This document shows, piece by piece, positions 1-11,350 of a stretch of DNA of 64,000 nt. Under the pieces are notes generated by a model. It worked only from the letters and a program-made list of their open reading frames with translations, did not search any database and was not told the origin of the DNA. This stretch comes from Lytechinus pictus. Taxonomy: Eukaryota. The stretch's first letter is position 1. Every line of letters starts with the position of its first letter. The translations under genes and the position numbers were made by a program. The DNA is taken from NCBI RefSeq assembly GCF_037042905.1, contig NW_026974140.1:1676001-1740000 (forward strand), written 5' to 3'.

Positions 1-1400
1 GTCCAGGGATTGTTGGAACAATGATGTCAGAACGGGAGCCAATTCTGCTGCTGATTCTTTCAAAATCCTGGCAGTGATCTCATCACGACCAGCAGCTTTA
101 CTAGTGTCTAAGTTTTTGAGAAGCTTCAGAACACCTTCTTGTCTAATCTCGATGTCATCCATAGCAGGAAATTTACTTAGCGTGAACGGGATGTAGTCAT
201 CCTTCTCAATTGTAAAGACGGAGTTAAAATGATTAGCAAGTGCTACAGCCTTTTCTGAATCTGTAATTAAAAGTTTAGAGTCCTTTTTCAGAGTTGGTAT
301 GGATGAATTATCCAGTCTTTTACCTCGGATGTGCTTCCAGAAGGGTCGCTGATCTTTCTTCAGGTCATCAATGCTACTCTTGATGTATTCAGACTCTGCC
401 TTCTTGATGACTTTCTTGACATTTCGCCGTACTTCTCTAAAAATTTCCCAGTCAGTAGACAGTAAAGACTTCTTGGCTTTCTTGTGAAGTTTGTTGCATC
501 TTTTGATCAGTTTCCTAATGTTTTAGTTACCCATGGAAGACTATTCAATTGCCGTGACATTTTGCAAGGGATATTTTTATCTCTGGACCTAAGCACAGCA
601 TCTTTGAGACTGTTATAGATTTCCGAAACAGATTTCTGAGTTGAATTTAGAGCGTGTTGCTCTTTAAACTGACTCATATCTTTACGCATTTGATCGAAGT
701 CACCTTTGTTAGTCAAGTAAACTATATGTCTTGGTTTCTTGAGAAGCTTGGGTTTTGACACAACAGAAGTTACAACTACATCATGGTCACCAAGGCCTGC
801 CCTGACTATGCACCTCTGGACCTTGCAGGGTAAGTTGGTTAATACAAGATCCAGGATGTTGGCCGTTGTCTCGGTGACTCTGGTGGGCTCCTTGGTCATC
901 TGCGTAAGATGAAATTCATCACAGACTGACAACAGATGCCTTCCATGGTGGCCTCCAGCCGTAGGTAGATCAGTAGACCAATTAATCTCTGGACAATTAA
1001 AATCTCCAGTTAACACAATAAAAGGCATGTTCTTTTGGTAGATTTTACCTAATGACTCTTCAAGCTGTGACCAATACTCAATAAGTTGGCTAGGTGCTCT
1101 ATAGAAATTTCAATGTACAGTGGTTTCGCATCTTGTAAGTGGATGCATACCCATATTATTTCACAGTTGGTAATGGTATCCATTTCTGGGCAATGAAGAT
1201 TTGATTTAACAGCTGTGATAATCCCATCGCCTCCATGTTTCCTATCCTTCCGATACAAATTGAAATGTGTAGGGAACAGTTCATATGAGGACACATTTTC
1301 ATAAACTTTAGATTCTGTTACACAAACAATGTCAGCCTCATGTTCGTCTATGAGAGCATGAAAAGCAGCAACTTTATGACTCATCCCTTCGGAAGCCTTC
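1..1400 (-). mobile_element. Decayed CR1/Jockey-group LINE ORF2 fragment (APE endonuclease, linker and start of RT), running off the window
   Basis: ORFs 1049-1411 and 507-1028 carry APE motifs (DIVCVTES, RKDR..GG, LTGDFNCPEINW, ILDLVLTN, DHDVV). Bases 1-130 read LDTSKAAGRDEITARILKESAAELAPVLTSLFQQSL, a typical RT lead-in. Frameshifted. Confidence 0.88.
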
Positions 1401-2310
1401 TTGCCTCCCATGATAATATTACTACTTTAGTTGAAATATTAAATAGAAATCTTGCCGAAATTTCTGCTTGGTTTATATGCAATAGACTTTACTTAAAAAC
1501 GAATAAAACTCAATGTGTTTTATTCAATAAAAAAAGGGGTGTGCAATATAGTCAAACTGACAGATTTCTTCATATGGATACAACTCATCTGCAATTTTAA
1601 AATTCAGCTAAGTTTATAGGAGTGAATTTAAGCAATAATTTATGTTGGAATGATCATATAAGTTCTATCTCTGTCAAAATAGCATGTTTTATTGGAATCT
1701 TAAATCGTTTGAAATGTGATGTACCTAGTTAGGGTTATTATAAACACTCGCATTGCGGGCGGGTTCGTAATCACTCGGGTCGCGTTCGAAATCACTCGGG
1801 TTTTGGATTTTTTTTATTTCGGTGCCATTTTTTTTCTTACGGTGTCTTCAATGGGACAAACATGCTGGGAAAATAAAATGAAATTGAAATTCAAGTTTTG
1901 TTTTAAACCGGTAATTAAGTGCCTTAAATAAAATGTACTTGACTACTTTATATATAAAGCCCTGGCCCAAGGAACAATTTTGTTGGTCCCCAGGACTTGT
2001 ATAACCAGAGTGCACTTTACTCCCCCTCCTAAAAAAAACCTGAGTGATTTCGAACGCGACCAGAGTCATTACGAACCCGCCTGCGACGCGAGTGTTTATA
2101 ATAAGCCCCTAGATATATATTATTTACTCTCTACAATGCTTATATTCTGTCTCGTCTTTCATATTGCATGTCAATTGGGGTAACACCTACTCTAGCCATA
2201 TACAAAAATTAATTATTCTAAAAAAAAAAGCATGACATATATATGTAAGAAAACAGACTATAAATAATGCGGACTTCTTTGCTATTTAAATCATTACATA
2301 CAGCAGGGAT
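1395..2310 (+). mobile_element. Decayed LINE RT C-terminal fragment (L2/Daphne/Crack-like), interrupted by a MITE
   Basis: Reads ISAWFICNRLYLKTNKTQCVLF, then FIGVNLSNNLCWNDHI...GILNRLK. The frame resumes after 2111 as RYILFTLYNAYIL. Confidence 0.7.
1730..2111. mobile_element. MITE with ~70-bp terminal inverted repeats
   Basis: Left TAGGGTTATTATAAACACTCGC...GAAATCACTC matches the reverse complement of the right end GAGTGATTTC...GCGAGTGTTTATAATAAGCCC. TSD is ambiguous ((C)CTAG). Confidence 0.85.
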
Positions 2311-3759
2311 GCAAATTAATTGCGCACGGGTCATGCGCAATTCACGTTCACCATTTCGAATTCGGCGGTGAATTAATACGTGTTGTGTACTGCCAACCGG
2401 CTTCAAATCACTGATTTTGAAACATTTACAAGAAAGGGCAAAGAGTGAGTCTGTGTCCTATAGTAATAGGGAGACTGCAAGGTTTTCCTATCAGGTCATT
2501 CAATGCCAATTCACCCAATGAATGTGCAATTTTGCACCTGACCCTCTCAGAATTTATTGTAATTTGGTTCACATAAAATTCCCCATGGCCCACGCACAAA
2601 ACAAAAAAAATTAGTCCAATCGGTCCGTCGGTTCTCGCGCTACGGCCCGCCCTTTTCTCCTTGTTTTGACAAAAATGGGCGTGACCTTCAACTTTCAATG
2701 GCCATTGCGTCGTAACGTGTTGACCAATTTTCATGAAACTGGTACCATTCAAAAGGAAATTTAGAGAGGAATCCAAAACATGCATCAAATAATGTATTGG
2801 AGCGATTTATAAGGTCATGATCTTTGACCTTTACTTTGACCTTGAGTTAGACCCCGGACAAAAAAATTTTTTACTTGATTTTTGTGTATGTTAATTATTA
2901 TTTATGATATTGACAAAATATGATATTTTATTTCTTCACATTTTAAAACTCTTCCAAAGATACCAATAATCTGATCTGAAATTTCACTCTAGTCCCATAT
3001 ACTGATATTCATCCTAGTAGTGTTTACCAGTCCGATGATACATGATTTCTTCCAATCTTAAGTTACAGTATGCAAACACATGAAAAGAAATTAAGCTCAT
3101 TAGTTAACAAATGAAACATTAAACATTTATGCTCATGAATAGGTATCTGTTTAGGCATTTTGATGTTGGGCAATAATAACTCATTATTAGAAAACTGGTG
3201 GGAACTGCAATATCCTGCTTTCTAGTCAGCTGTACTCCCCAAAAGTGGATACATCCTTCAGATCCTTGAAGCATCATACATTAATTCTTGATGATGAATA
3301 GAGATGGATAAAATATTTGTTTCGGTCAATAAATATCATTAAAATTACTTTATATTTATCGACCGAAACAAATAGTTTACGATTCGTAATATTTATTGGC
3401 CGATGCAAGTATTTTTCAAAATCTAAGTTGCAGCTCTACACGTGTGTGGTATTTAGGTATTGATAACAAAAGACTGCAAAATGGTGACGTAAACAGACTG
3501 GGTAAGTGAAGTAGTGAACGCTCGTGCTATTAATTTTTTTAAATTTTACTTCTATTTATTTTATAAATATTAGGAACTTTATTAAAAAATGGGGGTAAAT
3601 ATTGTTTTGGCCCATGTGCGTTAGTTTGGGCGCAAAACAAAACGTAAAATTTATGTCTAGTTTCACCATGGGAATTCATAGCCTCTACGGCCAGATATGG
3701 GTATCCGACCCAGGCTTCATTGGGGAGTAAGCCTACGTTAGTAGATGACTTTTACTCAC

Positions 3760-3808
3760 CAGAAGCCTCCAGGCTACTCTGTTCCTCATCTTTTCTTGCT
3801 CTTGACAT
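3760..3808 (-). CDS. Candidate first coding exon of an unidentified gene (MSRARKDEEQSSLEAS...)
   Basis: ATG at 3808, 16 codons + 1 nt, then a canonical donor G|GTGAGT. No downstream exons were identified. Confidence 0.3.
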
Positions 3809-4157
3809 CACGTGGCTTGTCGGACAACATCTATTTTTGGCCTAAAGAGGGCGCGCGATTTATATTCATATCAAAGACATGACAAGGAAAAGACTAGGCA
3901 CCTAAACTACAGGTATTTTACACACAAATCGACGCAAACGCGAAGTCCGTAAAGTGACCAATCTTTTCGTCGTATAGACTTCGGAAGACTGCATTGTCGA
4001 CGTTCATTATAGCTTGTACTGCTGGTTTTGTTCCAGGTACGTATATTTTTTTCCTATTTTTATTTAATTAGTCATCGTTTTAAATTATTTGCAAAAAAGT
4101 GTTATCATCGCCAATAATAATCTTGAATTATGTTTATGAAAGTATTCCATTTATTGG

Positions 4158-4949
4158 TAGGGACAGTGATTTTCCGCGATCGCGGAAAACGGACGGAATT
4201 CACGGAAAGGGCCTTTTGAAACAGAAAATGGCATTTCAAACGGAAAATCACGGAAAACGTATTTTCCCTCAAAATACACAGAATAGCAACAGAAATTACT
4301 CCAAAATCACAACAAAATGAGAATATTAAATGGCCAAAAAAACCCAGAAAACACGATCTCACTTCGCTACTATCATGACAATTCACACATCGTGACTGCA
4401 CTCGACATCAGCACACTCAATTGTACCCCGCACCGTACCCGTACCCGGCCGGCCGGGTTGGGCTTCACATGCACACATGTATCGTTCAACTACATGTACA
4501 CAGTGTGTTGCTGCCCTCTACGTTTGAAGATGTAACAGCACGATATCTTGGTCTTAAAATCCAAGATGGCGGATTGGGAAAAGACGTTGACTGATGATAA
4601 CGATGTCCAAAAACCCCCAAAATTATCGATGAAATATCATTTCACCATGAAATAATGCTAATAATATGAAAGGTGAGGATGTATGCATGCAAAATGGGTG
4701 TGTCAAAATATTTTATTCACCCGCATAGATCCGATTAGAACGGATTTTATTGCGTTGTTGGTACAGTAGCAGATACAAATTTTGACTAGTGCGAGTGTGC
4801 ATGTAAATGTGTAAACGGAATTGTCACTTTTCCGTGTGTACAAAGTCTATGGGGAAACGGAATTTCCGTTTTCTGACATGCTGAAACGGAATTTGAGATT
4901 TTCTGAAACGGAAAAGGCAATTTTTTGAAACGGAAAATCACTGTCCCTA
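4158..4949. mobile_element. Non-autonomous TIR element (hAT-like TAGGG termini) with 6-bp TSD
   Basis: TIR TAGGGACAGTGATTTTCCG...CGGAAAATCACTGTCCCTA, flanked by TATTGG on both sides, with subterminal ACGGAA repeats. Confidence 0.9.
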
Positions 4950-5529
4950 TATTGGTCCCCATACATGTAATTAGTCAAGTAATCATAAGAATTGCTCATT
5001 CAAAGAATTTCTAGTTATAAGATTACCGAGGAGCTGAATCAAGCTCAAGGTTGTGAAATTTATTAGCGCCACCACGGGCTTCCTTATATTTCCGCACTCA
5101 TTCAATGAACAAGGTTATGATATAACCTTGTTCTCAGTTTATACATCTCTATGTGTGGCAAAATAAGGTTGACAATGTTTGGATTATTTTCTCTTTTTCT
5201 TTTGGACAAATGCTTGATTTTTTACACTGTCAGTTTCCACTACAAGTTTTTGGGCGCTCTGGTCAATACAAAAATTATTCTAAGTTACTAATGAAAATTG
5301 AATTGCAACTGTATGGAAATTAATAATTTTGGTCACAAAAGTGATATTTTAATGACATTTTAAAGTGTGTGCTCAATACAGCATCGGCATACCATAGTCC
5401 AACCTGTAGATTCTCCACAGGCAGGATGGTAGCAGTGAACAAGTGCATTTCCGTAGAAGAGACATGTGAAGTCACTTACCATGCTTACCAGGCCGAGGTA
5501 AGCAAATTTGCTCTTTTTTTGTACTTTTT

Positions 5530-6437
5530 TTATTTTGAATTTCAATATAAATGTAATGTTTTGAAGATTGGAAGAAGTAGGTCTGACTCTGAGTATCATA
5601 TGACCAAAGGTTCGCAATCGGTTGTTCTACGTGAATGTGAGAGTGAGAGAGATTTAGGAGTTCAGTTAGACTCACGTCTTTCTTTCAAGGAGCACATTTC
5701 CAAAGTGGTGTCAAAGTCTACTGGTAATAGACTGCTTGGTATTATAAGAAGAACTTTTGTACATTTGGATAAGACCTCTATTAAGCTTTTGTTTAAGGGT
5801 ATTATTTGCCCAATCTTAGAGTATGGCCAGGCTGCGTGGTCACCGTATAAGCTGGGTGAGCAGAGGCAGATAGAGAGTGTCCAACCTAGAGCTACTAAGT
5901 TGATCCCAGGTATTAAGCACCTATCATACTCTGAACGTCTTCGCCTCCTGAAATTGCCATCACTCAGTCACAGAGGTAAAAGAGGTGACATGATTGACGT
6001 GTACAAATATCTGCATGGTTACTATGATACAAGTTCTGAGCATTTCTGTCTGAGACATGGTGGTAAAACACGTGGTCATTCCTTAAAGCTAGAGAAAAGA
6101 TATTCACGTCTTGATGTGCGTAAATTTTTCTTTGCTAACCGAGTGATAGATGTGTGGAACAGTCTCCCAGAAGATGTAGTTACTGCTTGTTCAGTGATTG
6201 CATTTAAGAATAGACTGGATAAGCTTTGGGAGAAGATTGCCTATGATCTTGAGTGATTTTTTATTCTTGTGTGTTCTCATGGAATTTTTTTGCTGTCTAC
6301 GATACCCCTGCCACCCCTCCCTGCCAACATAAGTAGCACATCTAATTTTGTCTGAAGGAGAGCAGCAATAGACATTCTACTTTGATCGATGAACAGGCTT
6401 AGTCCTACAACATCGTTGGAGTAAACTAAACTATAAA
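5530..6437 (+). mobile_element. 5'-truncated CR1 LINE (RT C-terminus and 3' UTR)
   Basis: KCNVLKIG, ERDLGVQLD.RLSFKEHI, PILEYG..AWSPY, TRGHSLKL, FFANRVIDVWNSLP are CR1 ORF2 C-terminal motifs; ends in an AAACT-type tail. Confidence 0.93.
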
Positions 6438-6496
6438 AATTATGATTGTATTGCTACTTATCGGAAAGATCCCCGATGAGTAGCGGGAAGGAGTTT

Positions 6497-6564
6497 CTAC
6501 CACAGTCTCGATCGGCCATTTTGTTACGATTCATAACAAAAATGGCCGATCGAGACGGGGGTAG
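6497..6564. repeat. Short strong hairpin (~23-bp core stem, 7-nt loop)
   Basis: GTCTCGATCGGCCATTTTGTTA-cgattca-TAACAAAAATGGCCGATCGAGAC, extendable to the CTACC/GGTAG flanks. Confidence 0.85.
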
Positions 6565-6797
6565 AAGGAGAGAACTTTTCGTTTTTTGAGGTTCCAGTCT
6601 GTGCCCAGATGTCAGGAAACTGCCACTCGTTAGACCTTCATCCATATAATCGTGGTAAGTGCATAATTTCTGTTTTCACAATTCATTTGGAGAAATATTT
6701 AGACCATAAATCACCCTTGTCCCGTGAGTATGGTCAAATACACGGTAAATCCCTGGGTTACTCATTTGCATACCAACCAGCCAGGATGTGCATATAA

Positions 6798-6958
6798 CTG
6801 TTTTGTGAAAAAAAAAAACTGAAATTAAGCGAAACGTTAAAAATGTCATAACTTTCTTATTTTACATCCAATTTTGATGAAATTTTCAGTGTTATGCTTG
6901 TTGGATTTTTCTCTTTTTATTCAAATCAATTATTTGTTGGGGTGGAATTGTCCTTTAA
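6798..6958. mobile_element. Right end of a TTAA-flanked (Kolobok-type) MITE
   Basis: Ends ...GGGGTGGAATTGTCCT|TTAA; body similar to the right ends of the elements at 9091-9674 and 48202-48760. Confidence 0.55.
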
Positions 6959-9090
6959 CTTTCCAAAGGGAACTTGAATAGAAAGATGATGAAAAATGGT
7001 CAAAAACACATTTTCAAAGTCTTACATTTTTAATATTCTAAAAATAATAAAATATGGTCAAAATAGCTCATTGGTGATTTTGTTGTTTTCTCAATTTTTC
7101 CCATAGAAAACTCACATGCGAAGAGGGGTCCAATTGAAAGCTAATTTCGAAAAAAAATAATTTGATTTCGGCAAAATTTTTTACATATTTATATTTTGTA
7201 GGTAATTAAGTATTTATGGTGAAAGTTTGATGAATTTTATGAGAATAATGTGTTTGATATGATTGAATTCATGAAGTGTTCGGTAATGATAAATAGTAAT
7301 ACCACTAGCATGACTAGTGACTTAGTGTGAGTGGCCGTAGCCTAGGCCGTGCTAGTCCAGATTGGACTTGTTGGGGAGGGAAGATGAGTGGATTGGCGCT
7401 GATTAGAGATTGGGAGACATGTGCCCTCTATGTTAGCTTTGGGAAAAAGCACTTCCAAACAACAAGGTCCAATCTGGACTAAGGCCGTGCATGCATGCCA
7501 GCCACTGTCCCACTCAGGCCAAGGGCCCTGGGCCCTGGCAGCATGCAGTGCGTCGGGGGCGGAGCTGGGACTCTTCCCGATCAGCTCAGCTCCTGAAGGC
7601 AGGTGAGCTGAGCACTAAAAGCTAGGGTAATGAAGTGTAATGATGGTAGATATAACTGTCTATACTCACTTATATCGGTCTACTACAAAGTTTGCACCCC
7701 ATGCTGATAGAGCTGCTAAAACTGTCGATTTTTTCCAGTGATCTCGAAGAGTGCGTGCTACTTTGACGAAGGTTGCCATTGTATCGCTCCGACCGTACCG
7801 ATTCGCGACAGCCGGTGTCATAGGCGATTTGGACCGGCGCGGCCAGTCGATCGGTGCCGGAGGTACTAATCGACGGCTCTTTTACCCGTCGATTAGTAAT
7901 AGTACCGGATTTTGTTGTGTGATGCGATCGTCATAGTCGATTTGTTCCTAATACCTTGGTCACATTTGCTGCGGCCGCCGTAGATTCTAAAATTTCTACT
8001 ATCATCATCATCATCATCATCCGTTTAAGTACGGTACAGTCCACCAGGTTGGTCTGTTAGCGAAATTATGTGGACACGGTGGACAAAAGCATGATTCTTT
8101 CTCCAGACCTTTGTTTATGTATAAGAATTAAAAATGGGGTATGCTCCAAAAAATCTGGCTGCAGGAACAGTGAAAAAATGGGTGAAAATGTCAGAATTTA
8201 TGAGTTTAGATTGGTCTGATATATAGACTAGCGCTAGTGCAAAACTCAATAGCAGTGCATTATTTTGCATTGGTTTAGTTCTTGAATTCAGACCCCTTTT
8301 GCACAGAGTTCTGTTAGTCCTCACATCTCAATGCACCAAATATCTGAATGCAGATGCTAAACAAGCCGAAGGGTGACGGTGGAGGGGGTTGAATGTTGGT
8401 GTGTATGTACATATTTTGGTCTTGGGGTAAAGATGTGCATTACACATTTTTTGCATGGAAATTGGAAATTGCGTTGCCATGGTAACAGTGTATTATGACA
8501 AAAATAAGGTAGAAATCTTGCAGTTAGAACTACTTCCTCTGTTTTCATCCGATTCTCATGAAATTTGGCACACACATTGGTCTTGAGATGAAGATGTCTA
8601 AGACACATATTTGTGTGTCTTTCAGAAATCTTGTTGCCATGGTAACAACATATCATATGGTAAAAATTGGGGAAAAAACTTACAATTCAAAGTAACTGCT
8701 TCATCAGTTTTCGATCAAATCACATGAAATTTGGCATACACATTGGTATTGAAGTAAAGATGTACAAGGCACTATTTGAGTGTCTTACAAAAATTGTGTT
8801 GCCATGGTAACAACATATTATATGGCAAAATTTAGGTAAAATCCTTGCAATTTGAACTAATTCATCAGTTTTGAACCAATTCTCATGAAATAATTATGGC
8901 TCACACATTGGCCTTGAGGTAAAGAACCTTTTTTTCATTTGTCAGAGAGTGCATTGCCTTGGTAACCACATATAACCAGAAATATGGGGGAAAACTCATT
9001 GTGGATCAATCTACTTCTCAGTTTTCAGCCTGAGCTCATAAAAGTTGACACAAATATTCATTTAGGGTAAAGATTCATATTCAGTGTTAA

Positions 9091-9674
9091 AAGGGAATCC
9101 AGCCTTGGTCATAATGTTGTGTGCATGGAAAAGGAGAAAAATAAGAATGGTAAAAGTTTGAAAGAAATCGGACCGTAAGCAAAATAAAGTTATGGCTGCC
9201 TTAAAATTAAGATCCCTAAGGCTACTAGTATGTAGATTTCAAATTGGCAACTGGGTAAGTAAATTATGACAAGGGGCGAGGCCGCAAGGACAACTTTCCT
9301 ATAAGACTTGTACTTAATTATCAGGATTTTTGGTTTTCTCCTAAATCCTTACTCCATTGGGGCTGTAATATAAACCCGGTAGTATAATGTTTTACGTCCT
9401 CATGAAAGAAAGATATAATTTGAAGTAAAACTTTTGAAAAAGAAATTTTTGCCAATTAATTATTCCAGTACATGGAAGAGTGGTCCTTGCCTTACATCAC
9501 TATGACATCACATATGCGGCCAATTTGAAGTCTTCATGGGTATTGTGATTACCAATGATATTCACAACTTTCTTATTGTTTAATTGTCCGATATTGTTCA
9601 AACTTTGACCTATAAACTTGTCTCAGTTTTCCTTTTCCTCTAAAAACAAGTGTTTATTTGGGTTGGATTCTCCT
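9091..9674. mobile_element. TTAA-flanked (Kolobok-type) MITE nested in foldback copy 1
   Basis: TTAA|AAGGGAATCCA...TGGATTCTCCT|TTAA; the same insertion is at 57399-57993 in copy 2. Confidence 0.82.
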
Positions 9675-10850
9675 TTAACGTAATAGCGCAGGGTATTAAT
9701 CACCTTCAATAATATCTATAGGTTCTTTTTTTTGGGGGGGACGAAGGAGGTCCTTAAAAACTGACAACATAAAAATATAGAAGGTTAAAGGCCATGACCA
9801 TTAGGAACTTTAACACTCTTAACAAAAAGCACCCCTTCCATTTTTTTTTGGGGGGGGGCTTTAGAAAATTGCCACATAAAGAGTAAAAGGAAATTATTAC
9901 GACTAGGAACTAAACCCCCAACCCCCCCCCCAAAAAAAGGGGGGGGGAGAAAAATCCTTTACACTTCAGCGTATTAATTAATTTAGTTGCATGATTAAAG
10001 GTACACTTTATAATATGTAAGAAAAAATATACTTGGAGAGAGAGAGTAAAAAAAGGAGAGAGGAAACGGAAGGAGATGGTATGGTAAAGCTCAAAATCAA
10101 GAGTGATGTGATAAAGTTAAAAAGAAAGAGTAGGAACGGAATATGAATAAAAGACTAAGTACTAGGAGAATATAGACAAACAATGGTTAATAATTGGGTA
10201 CCGTAAACAATTTTCTATCAAAGCAGAATGCATTAAACTTCAAATGGTCTGAATTGCAAAGGACTCTACTTACCTTTTAAGGGGGGGGCATTTTTCTGCT
10301 CAAAAAATATATCAGCCCCCTATTTTTTTCGGGGGGGTTTAAGTTCCTTGACATAATCTTTTAACTTTTACTTTTATGAGGTCATTTTCTAAAAAAAAGA
10401 AAAGGAAGTAATGTCTTGCTTTGAAAATGGAAAGACCCATAAGGGGCAAAGGTGTAAACTGGTTTGAGCATGGGGAGGTAGAACTAAAAGTGGTATGGGG
10501 AGGGGTGCACATCTTGGGGAGGTGGAAATAAGTTTTGGAAAATCAGCTGTTGAAAGTAGAAGGGGTACACATTTCGTTTTGCTTGCCAGTGTCGGAGCTC
10601 CTCTGCTTCAGCGGAAGGTTTCACATTCACCCAGTGTACACCCAGCCTATGCCCTTGAAGGATGCTTATTTTAAGAGTGTTTATCATGTTTAATGTTCCT
10701 AATGGCCACCGCCTTTAACCTTCTTTATTTTGATGTCAGATTTTAAGGACCAATCCCGCCCCTCTGCCAAAAAACCTAGAAATATTATACTGAATGTGAT
10801 TAATACCCCCACACTCTGGCGTAAACATTTTAATGCAGTTGAGTTTAGAA

Positions 10851-11350
10851 CAGCGCTTCTCAACTGGTGCCTCTCGGCCCACTGGTGGGCCGCGAAACAC
10901 TTGCAGGTGGGCCGCGATAAGCTCAAGAGAGAGAAATAAAATAGGGAAAACTATAGTATACACTATTATACCTTTCTGAACATGTTAAGATGTTTTGTCC
11001 GATCGGTCTATCTAAAATCTAAGCATACTTTTTTGTTATCATGCATGCTGCAAAGCATATACATGCACACTTCACTGTGATGTTTTCGATCTAACTTTGA
11101 TGTAAACCTCATGTGCATGCATGTTGTGTATCATAGTAGTTAATTGTCGCCCATTTATCGGACATTTCTGAATGCAGATTAGTTCTCAAACTGCTTGTTG
11201 CGAATGTGCTTCAGAGCTTTGTGTTCAAATTTCATGAAACGTTTGTTTTTTCATCAAAATTGACGTTTTTTTTATTTTGGGTAGGTGGGCCTCGAAAAAA
11301 AATATGAGAGTCAAAGTGGTCCTCGAGTAAAAAAAGGTTGAGAAGCACTG
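10851..11350. mobile_element. hAT-type MITE nested in foldback copy 1
   Basis: TIR CAGCGCTTCTCAAC...GTTGAGAAGCACTG, 8-bp TSD GTTTAGAA/GTTCAGAA; absent from copy 2. Confidence 0.88.

Larger units (their letters stand above)
3974..6654 (+). pseudogene. Probable pseudogene or partial copy of a Cys-rich secreted protein; exons 3974-4036, 5366-5497 and 6591-6654
   Basis: Donors CAG|GTACGT, GAG|GTAAGC and GTG|GTAAGT with phase-0 joins. Spliced product: (ATA)DFGRLHCRRSL*LVLLVLFQ|CVLNTASAYHSPTCRFSTGRMVAVNKCISVEETCEVTYHAYQAE|VPVCAQMSGNCHSLDLHPYNR. The N-terminus is signal-peptide-like but has no ATG and an in-frame TAG. Confidence 0.5.
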
